Source: Orbicella franksi
Lineage: Eukaryota
Direction of reading: 5' to 3'
Assembly (NCBI GenBank): GCA_964199315.1
Contig: OZ116702.1
Coordinates: 25,110,001-25,174,000, forward strand
Length of the DNA stretch: 64,000 nt
Shown: positions 39,701-54,700 of the stretch, in pieces
Layout: each line of letters starts with the position of its first letter
Position numbering within the stretch: the first letter of the stretch is position 1
The notes under the pieces: generated by a model
What the model was told of the DNA's origin: nothing
Seen by the model: only the letters and a program-made list of their open reading frames with translations
Database searches by the model: none
Position numbers and translations under genes: made by a program

Positions 39701-42700
39701 ATTTAACTGTTAGGATTGTCATTAGAAGTTACAGCTAACTTTTCATGCTGAAACCACGAGTTAAATTTCTACACTGGAGATAATTTTAATAAGCATATGT
39801 TCAAAACCTCTTATAATAAAGTTTTACGCGTGTATTATAGCCACAGTTCATGGCTAAAGCCGGCAACACGCTATGGAATTTTCATAAACTGATTGCTGGG
39901 GTTTGCAAAAATTGTTAATTGTGCCCTCTACCGTGATTGTGATTTTGGCCTGTTAGGATTTCGGTATGTACAGTAAAATTGACCTTTTGCAGACCCAGTC
40001 TCTAAGTCGACTGATGGGCAATTGGTTAATAAGGAATCAAAACAAGTCATGTACATGTAACTATAGTAGGAAGGGTGAGAGAAACTGTGTTATCACTGAT
40101 GAATGCTTGTCGTTTCATAACTGATTGACCTATAAAATGCACGGTCGATTTTTTCATGCACTGAGTTATGGTTGAATTTCTGCTTGTCCGACTCAATCCA
40201 CAAACAGCCTTGTTCAGTCTTGTAGCTGCCAGACTATCATCTCGCCTAGTGAGAGTGTGCGAGGCTGAACAGTGGCAATCCCCACTCCATCCTGGTTAGT
40301 TTTATCATGATTTTCAATATGGCAGCACGGGTTTTTTTAAACTTATTTCGTTTTGTTTGGTTGTTTAGAGCGATAGCAGCTTGAAAACCCAACAATCTGA
40401 AATGGACAAAGCTTCCAAAGAACTGCTAGATACCAGATCTCTGATACAAGATCTACAGAAAGAAGTATCAGAGAAAGACAATGTAATTATTGAACTGTAC
40501 GGCCTGAAAGAAAAAGACGAGGAGAGCTACAAGATTCAAATAGACCAACTAAACCAGGAGTTGCAAGAAAAACGTAGAACAGTTGATCAAGCCAATCAGG
40601 AGCTGCAAGACAAGAATGGAACACTTGATCAGCTGAATGGTGAACTTGCTGGTCTTAGAAGTGAAATGGAAGGATACAAGAACAGGGTAATGGAATCAGA
40701 AGAAAATCTTCGCGAAGTCCAGAGGTTGAACGCTAGCGAGGTTGAAAAGCTTCAGACTGAACACGAGGAAGAGTTACAAGCGGTAAATGCAAAACACGTG
40801 GGTGAGTTAGAGAATCTAAAACTGTTGATGAACAAGCAGATGGAAGAGACGGGACAAGAGGTAGATAAAACGAGACAGGATCGACTAGAAAAGTTGAAAC
40901 AGCTCTACGAGAGCGAGGTTAATGTCCTGAAGGAGACTTTAGACAAACAGATCACGTTGAACGGTGATTTAGAACAACAGATGGAGAAGATGAAGGAAGA
41001 GTTCGACAATGACTTGGCACAAGCGAGAGAAAACATTACTCAAAAAGATGCAAGTTTAGAAGAGCTTAAAGAACAGCTAGGGGAGCTAAACTCTTCAAGT
41101 GCGAGTGAAATCAGCGAGTTGAGAAACGACTTGAAGAAAAAAGAAAAGGAAATTGCCGAGCTTGAGGATAACCTGTCAAGTTTTGAAGAAGAACACACTA
41201 GTGACGTGGCACAGTTTGAGCAGAACTTGCAAAAACAACAAGAACAAACAGCCGAGCTGGAGAAACAGTTGGTGTTAGAGCTGGGGAACGAATCTGCAAA
41301 GTATGAGCAAAAACTAGCCGAGATGAAAGCGAATCTGGAGTCGCAGTACAAGAAGGCAATTCAAGAGCTGGTACAGAGAGTCAAAGACCTGGAGTCGGAG
41401 AACGAGAATCTACAGGCTACACATAGCCAAGAAATGGAAGGCTTCAGAGAAAACCTTGCTCAGTACACGAGTAATTTAGAGGAGCAGATGCGAGAGTTGC
41501 AGTCAGGAACCAAGGCAGAACACGAGAGGGAACTGAAAGCGTTACGGGGTGAACACCTCGAGGCTACAAAAGAGCTGGAAAAGAAAGTGAGGACCTTGTC
41601 TGAGGAGAAAGAGGCTTTGGAGATCGAAATTAAAAGTCGTGGCGACGGACCGAAAGGCGAAGATTCCGAAGAGCAGAGTGAAGTGTTGGCGAAGTTAAAG
41701 GAAGACTTTGAAGGACAGGTTCAAACTTTGAAGGAACAAGCGCAGAGTGAAAGAGAGAGGCTGGAGAAAGAAGTAGCCGAGGTCGCCAGTACAAAAGATA
41801 AGGAGTTCATGGGAGTGTTCGAGGAAGTCCTCGAGAAACACCAGCATGAAATCGCGGAGTTGAAGAGTTACTACGAGCAACAGCTGTCAGAATCTGGCGG
41901 AGGACGACCAGCCAGTGGAGACGAGGATCCGACAGCTATCGCCGCTCAGTTGAAGCTGGAGAAAGAGAGGGAGATATCACAACTGAAGAAAAAACTGTTG
42001 CAAGAGAGCGAAGAGAGGATTGCATCGGTGCAAGAAGCCCTGCTGTACAAAATGGCGAAGGAAGAAGAAGAAAACATGCGTTTGAGAAACAAGCTAGTTA
42101 GCTTGAAAGAGGACCTTTCTGAGGTAACTAGCGAGAGAGATAGGCTCCTGAATGAGATCCAGGTGCTCACAGACACTCACAGGGTGCTGGAACAAAGGAT
42201 GGTCCCTGTAGAGCCAAGCCTTAGTCCTGTCTTGAGTCAGGTCGTGCACGAAGAGCCGCTACTGATGCAAGAGTCGGTAGATACGCTGGAGGTTTTACCG
42301 GGTGCTGGTTTTTCTGAAGGTATGGAGACATTTTGACACTTTGTAGGGCCAATCTGCAATAATTCGAATTTTTACCAGTTAGAGTTGGTTTCTAGTCAAA
42401 CAAGTCAGCTTCGTACTAAAGTCGATTTTCGCCGCGTGAACTTTTTGTTGCCGGCCTCAGCGGACGACGTTTGATTTCCAACAATTTCTCCTTATCAATT
42501 CATATGCCATTTTCAAGTAGTACTCCAGTGGCGGTAGGCAAGCTTGGGTATTGTCTTGGTAATTAGCCAAATGGAAAGAGCTTATATTGAAATATTGCTA
42601 TTTGAAATGCCAATGTTCGCAGTTGGATGAAAATTTCGTAACGATCCTATATTGAATCGCTGCGTGACATCCCCAATAATGGCTGGCTAGTTTTCTCAAC

Positions 42701-45700
42701 AGTCGTGTCTCGCGCTGGCTTCCCACGCAAACATTCTTTTGGCTGAGGAGTGCGTGACGAACCAAAAGAATGTCTGATAGAAAGCAAGTCTCGCGCTTGG
42801 CACACGCTCGCTTCACGCTAACGACCTGTTCTATTGAGATCCTGCAAACGGCCTTAAACGTTCGACCCTTCTCAAACTTAACTTCAGTGCGGAAAAATGA
42901 ATGTTGTATAAACAAACTTAGGCAAAATATTGCGACGCATCACCGGATTCTCCTAACAAGAGTTGCCCAAAATGTTTGAAACAAGTTAGAATAATTTTGA
43001 TATTGATATTGTAACTAACAGAAAAGTGTTGAATCTTCTCTTTTAAAGGTGCAACAACAGAGCGGTCTGATCTGGCAGCCAAGCTCGACCAGATGCAAGA
43101 GTTAGTCCGACAGAAAAACAAAGTCGAGCTCAAACTTAGCCAGCAACTACAGGACATCAAGAAAGAACTCGAGAAGGAAAGAGAAACCTTCAGAGCAGAG
43201 TTGAAAGAACGCGAATCTCGCGAACGCGCCCTGGAAGTCAGCAAACGACAACTCGAGACGCAGCTGACCGAGGTCGATAGGGAGAACTACGAGTCTATAC
43301 AGGAACTTGGCCTACTGCAGGAGAGATTACAGGAGAGGATCCGGGTGGAGGGCGAGCTGAGAGAGGAGAAGAGCAAGCTGTTGAACGTGATCAAGGAGAA
43401 GGAGGGTGAGCTAGCCAAAGAGAGGAGCGAGTTGACGGACAGACTGCAACAACACGAGGAAGTCATAGAGGTAAATTTAGCGTAGTGTTGTCTCAGTTAA
43501 GTGAACATTGTAGAGTGTCTTCCTTGGAATGGCTTCCTGCAAAAGTGTTCCAAACCTGGGTCGTGCTCTGAATTTGCCGTGACGAAAATCTTCATTTTGC
43601 GATGACTTGGACGCGTGAGGGATAGGACGGGCCCCTAAGGGGAAGGCCGAGAAAAACGTGGGGAAGAACTGGCACGAGATAAGTTGGGATGGGGCATTTG
43701 GTTTGCGGCAGAACGAAGAGCCAGAAAATGGGTGGCAGGGAGGTACTGGAGCCTTACAGGACGGCAAGCTAGTTCAGTTTTGCTAGGGCTCTTTGCCTGT
43801 GTAAATGATACAACATACTGTTAGTGATAACAGTGTGTTCACAGAAATGTTGTTTCCCGTTGTGCTGTAGTTACAAGTACAGTTTCGCGTCCGTATTTAA
43901 CCGGTTAATTGCACGGCTCTATTTTTTTCGAAAAAGAGCCAGGCAATGCTAGAAAGTTATAGCCTTAAGAAGGAATGAGAAGAATGGGGCCCTTTATTGA
44001 TTTCCTCATCGGCAATAGATTGACTCGTATTCAATTGCTCTCACGTAGGATTTACGTGACAGGATCTCCACCTCGGACTCAGTCTCGGATGACGTGCAAG
44101 ACGCGTTCGGTCGTCAGTTACTCGTGTTACAGAGTCAACGAGATTCCCTTCTGCAGCAGCTTGAACAGCAGAAGAAAGACCGCAACTCTTACGTGGATGT
44201 ACTGGAAGAGAAGAACGCTCTGGAGGATAGTTTAAGGTACAATGTAGCTGTATATGGGTACCTGAACATTGCAAATTGGTTTGAAGAACACTCTCACCTC
44301 TCCATGGCTCTTTCGTGCGCTTAATTCTGTCCTCTGCTCGAGTAAGACAAAACCCCCAAAATTCCATACTGATGACGTAACCACGCAAAGACCTGATTGG
44401 TCTGTTTGATCAGTTGGGAATTTTTATGTGCTGGTTTACAGCCAATCAATTACGTTTCAAAGATTCTTGGCGTTTGACGTCACTCAACATAGAGGGATTT
44501 ATATTTTTTCGGATCGAATCAAAGTGGCTGCGGCGAGTGGTTCCGCAGTAAACTTTGACAATGTTATGACGAAATTTATCATCAATAAGAGGACAGGAGC
44601 TTAAAAACTGATGCCAATTTGTTTTTTTACAATAAAAGACCCCAAACTGGTCAAATGCGGGAAAAAAATGAGGGGAAAAGACGCGTAAACTTGCCGTAAA
44701 CAAAGATAAGTGAATTTTATTCAAAATAACGCGAACATTATCAACAGCTTTTCTCGCTCTTTGATTAGCTACTTAAAAAAGCTCACAACATCTCATTGGT
44801 TAAAAAGTTGACAGTTTGACAGCTGAAAGTTGAACTTGAAAGCTTGTATAAATTAACATTTTATCCGTCTGTACTTTTATTGATGATAAAAATGATGCAA
44901 TCAGCGCGCGAGAAATTAGACAGTTATTGTAAAATTTGTGTTTTATCTCGCAGACTTGAGCGTGAACGGTTAGCCGAAAAACTGCGCCAAAAAGAAGTCC
45001 TGGAAAGGGAGCTAAACCGTGAGAGAGCTGCTCTTCAGGGACAGCTGATCAAGCAGGCTAAACTGAACGAGATCATCCGACAAAAGGACTTGTTTGAAAA
45101 AGAACTCAGAAAGGAAAAGAACGAACTTCAGGTAACTTACTGTCACTTCAGTAAAAATAAGATGGTTTGAGATTGGTCCAGGGACAGTCAACAAAGATAG
45201 CCAAACCGATCAATCTATTTTCATGAAATGATTGAAGATTGACTTGGTGACACTTACATGTGTTTACAATGGTTTTCCCAGTTCTTCGCTAAGCAAGGAT
45301 TAAATTGGTTTGAGTGGCAGATAAGTCCAAGTAGTTCTCGACCTACTAATACTAAAAAGGTTACGTGTTCATTCGTTTTTTTTTTTTTTTTTTCTGTCGT
45401 GCTTTGAAAGAGGTTGAATACTTGTGCAACTTTGCTTTAACCAATCAGAACAAAGAGGTAGTCTTTTCGGCCAATCAGGTGGCGTTCTGTTTGTAGTCAG
45501 GTGATTGGCGCTGAAGTTGTTGTTGTCCTCACTTTTAGTGCGTTTTTACTTCCAACCAGTCCGTTTGAAAAGTTCTCATTTTAGCATTTAAAACATGACG
45601 TTTGTAACGAAAAGTCGGTAATACGCGCCAAAAACCAGAAAATTTGGCTTCTGGTTTACGTCCGTGTCCCAAAAACGTCTGTGCTGAAGCTCTCTAATTA

Positions 45701-48700
45701 TTGTGATGAACACTAGCAGAGGAGGTTTATCTCTTTCAGGGTGAACTGGAGTTGATCGAGTCCAAACTACTGGACAAAGAAGAGCTACTCTTACACGAGA
45801 AAGAACGCCTTGAGGAGGAGATGAGACAAAAAGAACAACAAATCCAAGAATGGGAGCACGAGTTCCACCAGAAGGAGATGGAATTCCTGACCAAAGAGGA
45901 ATTCATCAAAGAACAATATAACAAGAATCTTGTGGAGACCCGCAGTGACTTAGAGAACCAGTACTCTGCCTCGATGCAGCAGCTGCGGACAGATTTGGAC
46001 GAGGACTACCAGCAGCAGCTCAGGAGACTGGAAGCTAGCTTGAACGATCATTATGGCGCCGAGATTGGTCAACTCAATTCTCGTCACCTGGAACAGGTGC
46101 TGTGGTGAAACGTGTTGTTAGTTGTGTCACATACAGTGTACTTACCTAAATAGAGCTATCTCAGAAAAAAAGGGCTAAAGACTTTCGTAATCCGTTGTAA
46201 TCTTTCCCAACCCTGGCCATATTTTTCTCTAGTTTATGTATTTTTATCTCTGTGAAATTTTTCTACCTTAGTGAGCTAGTACATTGAGGGTCCCTTCAAT
46301 TTGAAGGAGGTTTTTTGTGCGTTGGCAAAAAATGACGTAGTAATGTTTCCTTGAGAGTACCTGGTTTTGAGGCTTTTTGCATAGACGATTCTCCGGGCCC
46401 TGCATTTTCATGAAATTCCTTCTTGAAATCGGAATTGCCATAACTCTCTATTTAGTTTAGGCTTCAGTTACGATCACTACATCATTTTGTTAGGATCAAT
46501 ATTCCTCTATAGTACGTAGTTGCAATGGTGATTGCTCTCAATTCAGAAGAGGAGAGTAAAGTCGAGATGTGTTTATAACAGCTACAAAGTTGCGTTAACT
46601 GTTCGCGTTTCAAGAGAAACTATTTTCTATATCAAAATTGGCAAGTATTGGTTGTCATATATTTCGTATAGCATTATATTTTGGGAAGGAAGGGTGGGGG
46701 GGGGGGGGGGCGGGCGTTGTTTTGACACGAGAAGGACGAATTTCTTTTCGGTGTGACGAGTTGCCTTATGTCTGATCATGTGTTGTTATTTTAGATAGAG
46801 ACAATGGAGTGTTGTGCTAATGTTTTAGTTAGAGTTTGTGTTAAAGTTTACATGTCATGTCTGAGTGAACTAGGGCAGCCGCTTTCTAGTTTGTGATTGG
46901 CTAACTGCATTTTGCCGCGCTTAGAGCCACTTTCTATTTCCTGATTGGCTAACCGAGTTCCCCGCGCTTGACAGCCGCGTCTTGTATGTTCAAGCTGAAT
47001 CGTTTAGCAGTTTCATTTTATTTTAAGTAGTTTTGAATAAAAATAGTATTCTTGATAAAGACATCAAACGTAACAACAAAACTTAAATTCGCCTTTCAGT
47101 CGAGGGCATTAAGTTACACTTGTTTACCTGCCGGTAATTCTTTAATTCAACGTTTGCGCTCGTTTGTTTCTCTTAACTAAAAAAGCGTTTCTTGTGCTAA
47201 GGAGACTACTTAAAAAAAAGTTGCTTTTCTCTCGTGTGTGGATGCGTGGATGCCCTCGTTGACTCAGGTCTTCATTTAAACTGTTTATTAACATTTTAGT
47301 TGACCAATTTAGGGATATCAAAGATTTCCAAAACAAACAATTCAATGAATATAACAGAGAAATGTCATATAAAGCATAATATAATTGAATGTTTTTCACA
47401 ATTTGGTAAAGCGTATAAATCGATATCACGTGCCATTAATGAAACACTTTTGGTATAGGAATTTTTGGAATATTCAAATAGGAAATTAAAGTCAGAGAGG
47501 AATTCGCTTGGTCTCGTAAAAGACACCGTCCTTTTGAGGCTAAATTTATATTTCTAGGATAGTTAACTGTACAAAAATTATTCTAGTTTTTCTTATGGGG
47601 TAAATGTTTTTTTACGAGATCAAACGAAAGAGATATATAAATATTAATACTCTGACATAAAAGAGGTAGTTAAGTAAAAAAAAAGAAAAATTATATTTTA
47701 GCGGCGAATTTTAAGAAATAAAGGGTTATTACTCATGGAACAACTTTGGCTTTAATTATTTGATGTTTTTGGCGCTGTCCTGGTTCCACTCAGACTTTGT
47801 AATCACTGTTGAAGCTGTGTTTTTCATCTGTTCTGTGTCTTTCTATTCGTTAGCTCCTCGTAAATGCTTGGTTTTAATCTCAAGGCTCACTCTCGAGTCT
47901 TTGTTTGCTACCAGTGAACGCTCGGCTGTAATCGCTGTATACTCGGTTGTTACTCGTCAATCTTCGTTTGGCACTCGTGAATATTCGTCTGCATTTGCTG
48001 TGGTACGTGTAGGTAATTACTTACGTATTTCCGGTTGTCACTTGTCAGCGGAGACAAGCGACAGCCGGAAATACGTTTGCGTTCGCTAGCTGACAGTTTG
48101 CCAGCCGATATGCCTTATTTTAACAAGTATGTCAAGTATAGCCGGAAGATTGTTACTGTATAAACGTTGGATATTATTGTAATAGAAAGGAAAGAAAGCC
48201 AAACGTGAATATCAACCAAAAAGAAAAAAGAACTGACTAAAAGATTGACAATTTCATCACAATAGCAATTTGATTTCTTCACATTTTGTCAAGAAATCAA
48301 ATTTAATGAACTAAAATCCACTTTAACCCTGTACTTCTTCCTCCTAAACACACATTATATTTACCGGAAGCATATCACCTAGAAGCGTCTAAATTCTCTT
48401 TATATGTTCGGACAGAAGCATATCACATATATGCTTCTGATTTACTCTGTAGAATCTTTTTATCCAATATTTATTTGTCTATTCGCTGGCTTTTGGTAAC
48501 ATAATATGGAAGTTAGGAAGGAAAAGTGTCGATAATTTTCCGGGACACTGAACGTTAATGATTTCCTTTTAAATCTGTAAGTGAAAGGAATGTCATAGAT
48601 TTAATCATTTGTGTAAAACATTTACCTTAAACTGTCGCTGTTGACATCAGTCTTTCAAACCGGAAGTTGAGCCTGTGGTATTTTTTAAAGCGGATATTTG

Positions 48701-51700
48701 TTTTCATGTGGAACAACTGTTGAAGATGAAACTTCAAATTATGAATTTAAAATTCGCGTGTCTAATTTGAAAAGTTGTGAACTCGTTTGTATTATTTCCA
48801 TGTGAATTGAAGTTTCGGTTGTAACTTTCGACGCGGGAGAAAAATATTGACTCTTCTCATTTTAAATCCCTATTTGCAAAAACAGTTTTTGTTTCGCGAA
48901 AAGTAAACAATAATTTTTTCAATCGTTTACAACAATCAGCGTCATGTTTAAACCATAGGTATACTTGTGACACCGGTTGCTTGGCGATACATTTCCTCTT
49001 TGCGAAAGTCACAAACTATATTCGCAGTCAAATATTGATGACAATATCAACCAGCCAAGCCAAACAGTAATATCCGCTGGAAACCGAAAGCCGCCAAGAT
49101 TCAATTTATTCTTCGACGCCATGTCCTTGCTAAGTGAGAACGAAATTCTCGAATCGAATTTCGTGAGACGAAAGCTGGGGCGGGCAAGCGGCGAGCGAAA
49201 CAGCCCTATTAAGATCGAGTTATATTTGTTTGTGACTCCGCGCGCCGAATACGGTTTTGATCTTCTCCGACGCTAAATGATTTTCTGAATGTCGCATGAA
49301 CAGGCTTGTTCACAAGCGACTTTTACTCGAATCCTGGTGAGTTTGGTGAAGGGTAACAGATGGAATGGTGCGATCTCTCCTTGTGGATCGTCAATTCGCT
49401 CCTGGAGCGAGACTGTTTTAAGGTTAGATCTTTGCGTTTCTCTACCAAGGCCGTTGAGATTTATCATTTTAGTTTTATTGCCGCACTTTATGTAAATTTC
49501 TGATGTAATTTAGTTTAGTTACTGATGTTGTTGGTGATATTGCTACTGCTTTCAGTAAAAATCTTACACAATTTCGAGCGAATCGCTCACACAACGCAAC
49601 ACATCACATGTAGAACTTGTTACAGTTCGCTGAATGGACTCGTTTTCATTGTTATTGCGGTAGGATTTCACCAAACCTAGCACCGCGTTAAATCGCTGTG
49701 TTTCTGTTAAAAATTTCGACTGTATGAAGGTTTTTTGAGATTACCTTTCTATAAATAGGCTTGAAGTCATTCAGCCAAGCTAAGGTCGCAATAAATTTTA
49801 GGCCTGCTGTGTTTTTATCTTTTATTTTGTCCGTATAGAATGCGAATTTTTTATTACACAGTGTTTCCCAGCAACCAATTACAATACGCGAAAGAACACG
49901 TAACCCCGGCCACGCACCTGTTGTTATGATATATCGTTTTCTCTGATTGGCCACGAGCGTTTATTCCGTCGAAACAGTTATATCCGTTACGTGTCCTTTA
50001 GTGTCACACAACGTACTGACAGACGCCTTTCGAGCTTTTTTTTTTTTGGTTTCGTTTACTATTTTTCGCTTTCTTTTAGCCCATTGTTTGTCGATTTGAC
50101 TGTCTGTCAAAACAATTGTCCGTGAAGAACACTGTTTTTCTCTTCCCTTGATCTTGTATTTTTGATGTACTCTTGGAAAATGTTGGAAAGCGAACAACTC
50201 GTTTCCTCTGAAAGTAAACAAACAAGTGATGAAACCAAATGTCTTAAATCTTTAATCTACGCTGCTTAACCTCGCTTATCGCCATTGGTTCCTCGCAAGA
50301 CGTTAGCTGGTCTCAAAATACAGCAACTTATTGAGAAGGTGATGATTGACTGTGTCCCCTTGGGTAGTTTTTCTCGACCGATCGAAATAACACCATATTC
50401 TGTTCCATGTCGTCTATGCTTGACAGCACCGCCTGAGCGATCAGTTGCAAACGAACAGGTAAACATTGGAATATTTCATTTATTATGTTTACGTGAAGGC
50501 TGTTGCTGTTCCGATCTTTTGACACGTAAGTTTTTTGGAAATTGTGTCTAAATTATTGTTCATATAAAAGCAGATGATGTGAGCGCACTTCCTTTGCAAC
50601 TCACATTTTAAATTGCAAGCCAGCAAAGGTGTTTCCAGCCGTTTTTTGAGGCGAATTAACGTTTCTTTTTGCGATCTAAGCCGCCACAAGCAGTATAAGT
50701 TATGAGTTCACTTTACATACAAATGAGGTTGGAGTTTCAATAATTTTAATTTTTGTTTGCGAGTAAAGAAAAAATGTTTTTCGCTCTATAAGCCATCACG
50801 CTTTGTTTCAAAATCGTATTCCTCTTTGACAAATGAGTCGCTCGACTTCTCGCGTGAAGCGATCGTTGCACGATTCGCAGAACAAGTTTCGCAGCGGCTT
50901 ATATCTCGTTCGTACCGCACTTAATATACATATCTCAAAAGCTTTGCTTCTACGATTGTTTACGACCCTAGAAAACTACATATAGCTTATCGAGTAGCTG
51001 TGTGTGCGACGGATTTAACGGCTATATAACCATCAAATTTATTCTTCAATGCATTCTTGACTTTGAAACAAATTTACACATGTGTGAAATCGATGCAGCC
51101 GATTTTTTTATTCTTCCGCAACAACGAGTTCGCCGATAGTTACTTATATGGCTGTTTGTTCCTAGCCTTGTGGGACGTTGTTTGTGTTAGGGTTCTTTGT
51201 TGTCTTTGTCTTTTCGCTTTCACGTCGAGTTTGGTGATTGTGGTTTTCAGCCCTAACTGGGCTTATTAGAAAACGAAATAATTTACTAAAGCGCTAAAGA
51301 CTTCGAGACGGGTTGGTTTAATTATAACGCGAAAATGACACCATTTTGGCAGGTGCATCGTCTTAAATAGTGTAATTGTCACCGCTAAGCTTTAATTATT
51401 TTGTCTGTAATTTTTTAGGATGAAAAAAAAAAAAAAAAAAAAAAAAAAAAGAATTCCGCGTTTCTCTAACCGCACCACCATTTACTTTTAATGTGGCGTT
51501 CTTGATGTTTTTCTTCGTTTTTATCTGGGAGCAAAATTTGTTTAGCGACGACTTTGTTTGAGAACGCAGTTCTGCTTATAATGCGTGATAATGTAAATTA
51601 ACTACCCTCACAAATTATAGATTTAAATCTATAGCAGGGTTAATTTACGAGAGATGAAGGTTAGCTCATTCTCGTAGACACAACACAAAAGATGTGTTGA

Positions 51701-54700
51701 ATAATTTGTTTCAAATCTAACCGCTTGATTCGTTTTTTTTTTAATTTTTTTTATTTATTTTTTTTTATGTCACGATTTTCCGTTCGTTTATTTGTAGAGA
51801 ATACTTTGTGAAACAAATAGCTGCCTCGAAAAGCGGATCAATAATGCAAACATGTAGACAATGATTTTTGAAAAGATCATGAGAAATAATACGAAATTAT
51901 ATGTTTATATACTTTTCGTATAAAACAACAACCTTCAAATTCATACGAATTTCTTTATGTTCCTATTTAAATTAAATTACAAAAAAGGAAACTGTTTTCA
52001 ACGAAGATTTGACGTGTACTTTTTTGTTCATTCAGAGTCGTTTATCGTATTTGAATTATTGTCTCTTTTTTGTTTTGGTTGCATGAAAATTGAGGATTAC
52101 GTTGTCGAGAATGGGAGACTTAATCATTATTTATGTGTCCTCAGCTGCTCTATTTTTTTTAATAGTCTCTGTAGATTTTCACTGATTTTCATGTGTGAAC
52201 TTTGGGGAAACTCTGAAAGTGAAATTTTGGTAAAACGTTTTGGTAAAGAAAGAACAGAAGTGAAAAAACCTGGCCTCCGAATCTTTTATGGGGCTCTTTG
52301 CAACATCAAGCTGTCCCGTCATTTCTAAATATTTTAAGTTGATCGTTTATGATGCATCTCAAATTTTCCGCAATCTTAACCAGTGGTAATGTGATAATTC
52401 TTTATTGGCTATCAACTCCAATAGTTTCATTACGAATTAGCGTTTCTTTTCTCAATACCCATGCGATATCCATGCTGTCAACAAAAAGTTTGAATTTAAC
52501 AACTGTTTCTCATGGTTGGAGAAATCATTGACTTTGATTAAAAGTGGAAGTTTGTTTCCAAATTTATTGCTGAAACATCCTTCCTCGCCAGTTAGATTAT
52601 TACTGAGGTTACTTGACGTTTCCCTAAGTAGAAGAAACTCAAATCGAAAACTTGCACCAAAACAATACATTGCAGTGTTCTTTCTTCTTTCGTAGGTAAG
52701 TTTGTGTTTTGTACTGAAAAGGGTGACTGTCTCAAAACAATTATAGAACCATGTAACCCGTTTCTTTGCTAATTGAGAACAAAACTTCTGTCGCTTAACA
52801 ATTAAATCACACGTCTCCAGTCGCCTGCTGTATTGTTCTTCGCTTGAGACGAATAATTACAGAGGTTATGTACATTGTGCTTAAACAAACACAAAACAAA
52901 AGGCCCTGTCCGCTTACAACACGCCTGTCTCAGTCGGTAAACAAAGATGGCGTCCTCCGGGTGACCGTCTTTCGATCTAACTCTGGCTTTTCTCTGCGTG
53001 CCTTCTCTTCCAGATAACACGAATGAACGCCGAATTTGAACAGAAGCTCTGGGAGCTCAAGAACGAGCTGGAGACGCAGCGACTGCAACAAGTAGGGACG
53101 ATGAAGAGCGTGTTGGAGAGACAGCATTCGAAGGACATGGTCGAACTCGATGATGTGCATCAACAACACATGGATGGTTTGAGAGACGGTAAGGAAATGG
53201 AAATTTTGATTTAGGGAGCAGAAATTCATAAGCTATGTGTACCTGTTACGTATTCGTAGGCCTTGCTCATTACCGTTGTAAAATATGAGGAGTAAAAGTC
53301 ACTATAAAGTAAACCTTCTTACATATTAACCCCGTCAACACTACGCTGGAGAAATTTGAAAACGGAGGTTTCACTCTGAAAACGCATCAAATGTTTTCCG
53401 TCCACACTACGGCGGAGGAATTTAAAAACGCAACAATCACCGGTCGTTTCGGATTTCTGTTTGAGGAAAACTCTGTCATGGAAATCACACGCTTATCGTC
53501 ACTACATCGTCTTTGAAACGTTCGTTTTCGAAAAGCTCTGTTTTCGTGACAGATTAGTGTGGACGGTAGACCTAACCGTAGAAATAAAGCTACGTTTTCA
53601 AATTTCTCCGGCGTGGCGTGGACACCGCCTCAGATGACCAAGGCCATCGTTGTAGGCAATTGACAATATTACTTGTAAGGATGTCAAGACGAATTCTCTT
53701 GGTGATAATGCTCAAAGGGTTTGGTTTGAACTCAAAGAAATTGCTGTTAATTTACCCCGGATGAACCGAGGATTAAAAGAATGTGGAGCAGGTGTTACTG
53801 AGACATCTTGCTTAACGGGGCAGGGGTGGGGGTGGGGAAAGTTTCACGAAAATATTGTGTCTTTTCGGTCAATTTCAGTTTGTTTGTCTTTTGAGTTTTC
53901 TTCGAGAGTGTAGCCCTATTTTTGCTCCACGGCGTCCACACAAATAGACTTCGTCGGAGTTTATCTCGGCTTCCACAGCACTATATAACGACTAAAAGAT
54001 TTGCTTCTCCCGGGCATGTCCATTGTAGATTTACCCCCTTCCTTCCCTCCAAGCATTTTCAAGTTGCCCCGTTCCCATTAAGACTCCTCGGTTGAGAGAG
54101 GTAATGTGAGAAAGTTATGTCTTCAGCAGTGACACACAGTACTTTGATCCTAACAAGCTCTCGAATCCGAAACGCTCAATTCTGTGTCCATCTCGATAAT
54201 CACAAACGCAAGATTGAAGTCCGGTCCACGCTACGCCAGAGGAATTTGAAAACAGAGGTTTCACTCTAAAAAACATATCAAATGTTTTCTATCGACACTA
54301 CGCCGGAGGAATTTAAAAAACGTGACAATCACCAGTCATTTTGGATTTGTGTTTGAGAAAAACTCGGTCGGGGGAATATCGCGACTATCATAACCTCGTA
54401 GTTTGTTTAAAGTTCAAAGTGTTTTCCGTCCACACGAAAACGAAAACCCGGCGCTTTCAAATTCCTCTGGTTTGAAGAGTGTTTTCCGCGAAAAGCTTCG
54501 TTTTCGTGACGGATTAGTGTGGACGGTAGACCTAACCGTAGAAACAAAGCTACCTTTTCAAATTTCTCCGGCGTAGTGAGGACGCAGCCTGAGTTAATCA
54601 ATTACCGTACGGTTGTAGTTTTTTTGCGATACCGCAATAACTCGTATGCATTGCTTTATTCGCAAATTGTGTTCAATCACATTTACATTCAATCATAAGA

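Noticed and set aside
40097-40124. TGATGA...CTGA as an intronic C/D snoRNA
   Set aside because: Boxes are under 30 nt apart with no terminal stem; too short.
51423-51451. Long poly(A) run as a retrocopy tail
   Set aside because: No upstream retroposed body or target-site duplication seen; treated as a mononucleotide tract.
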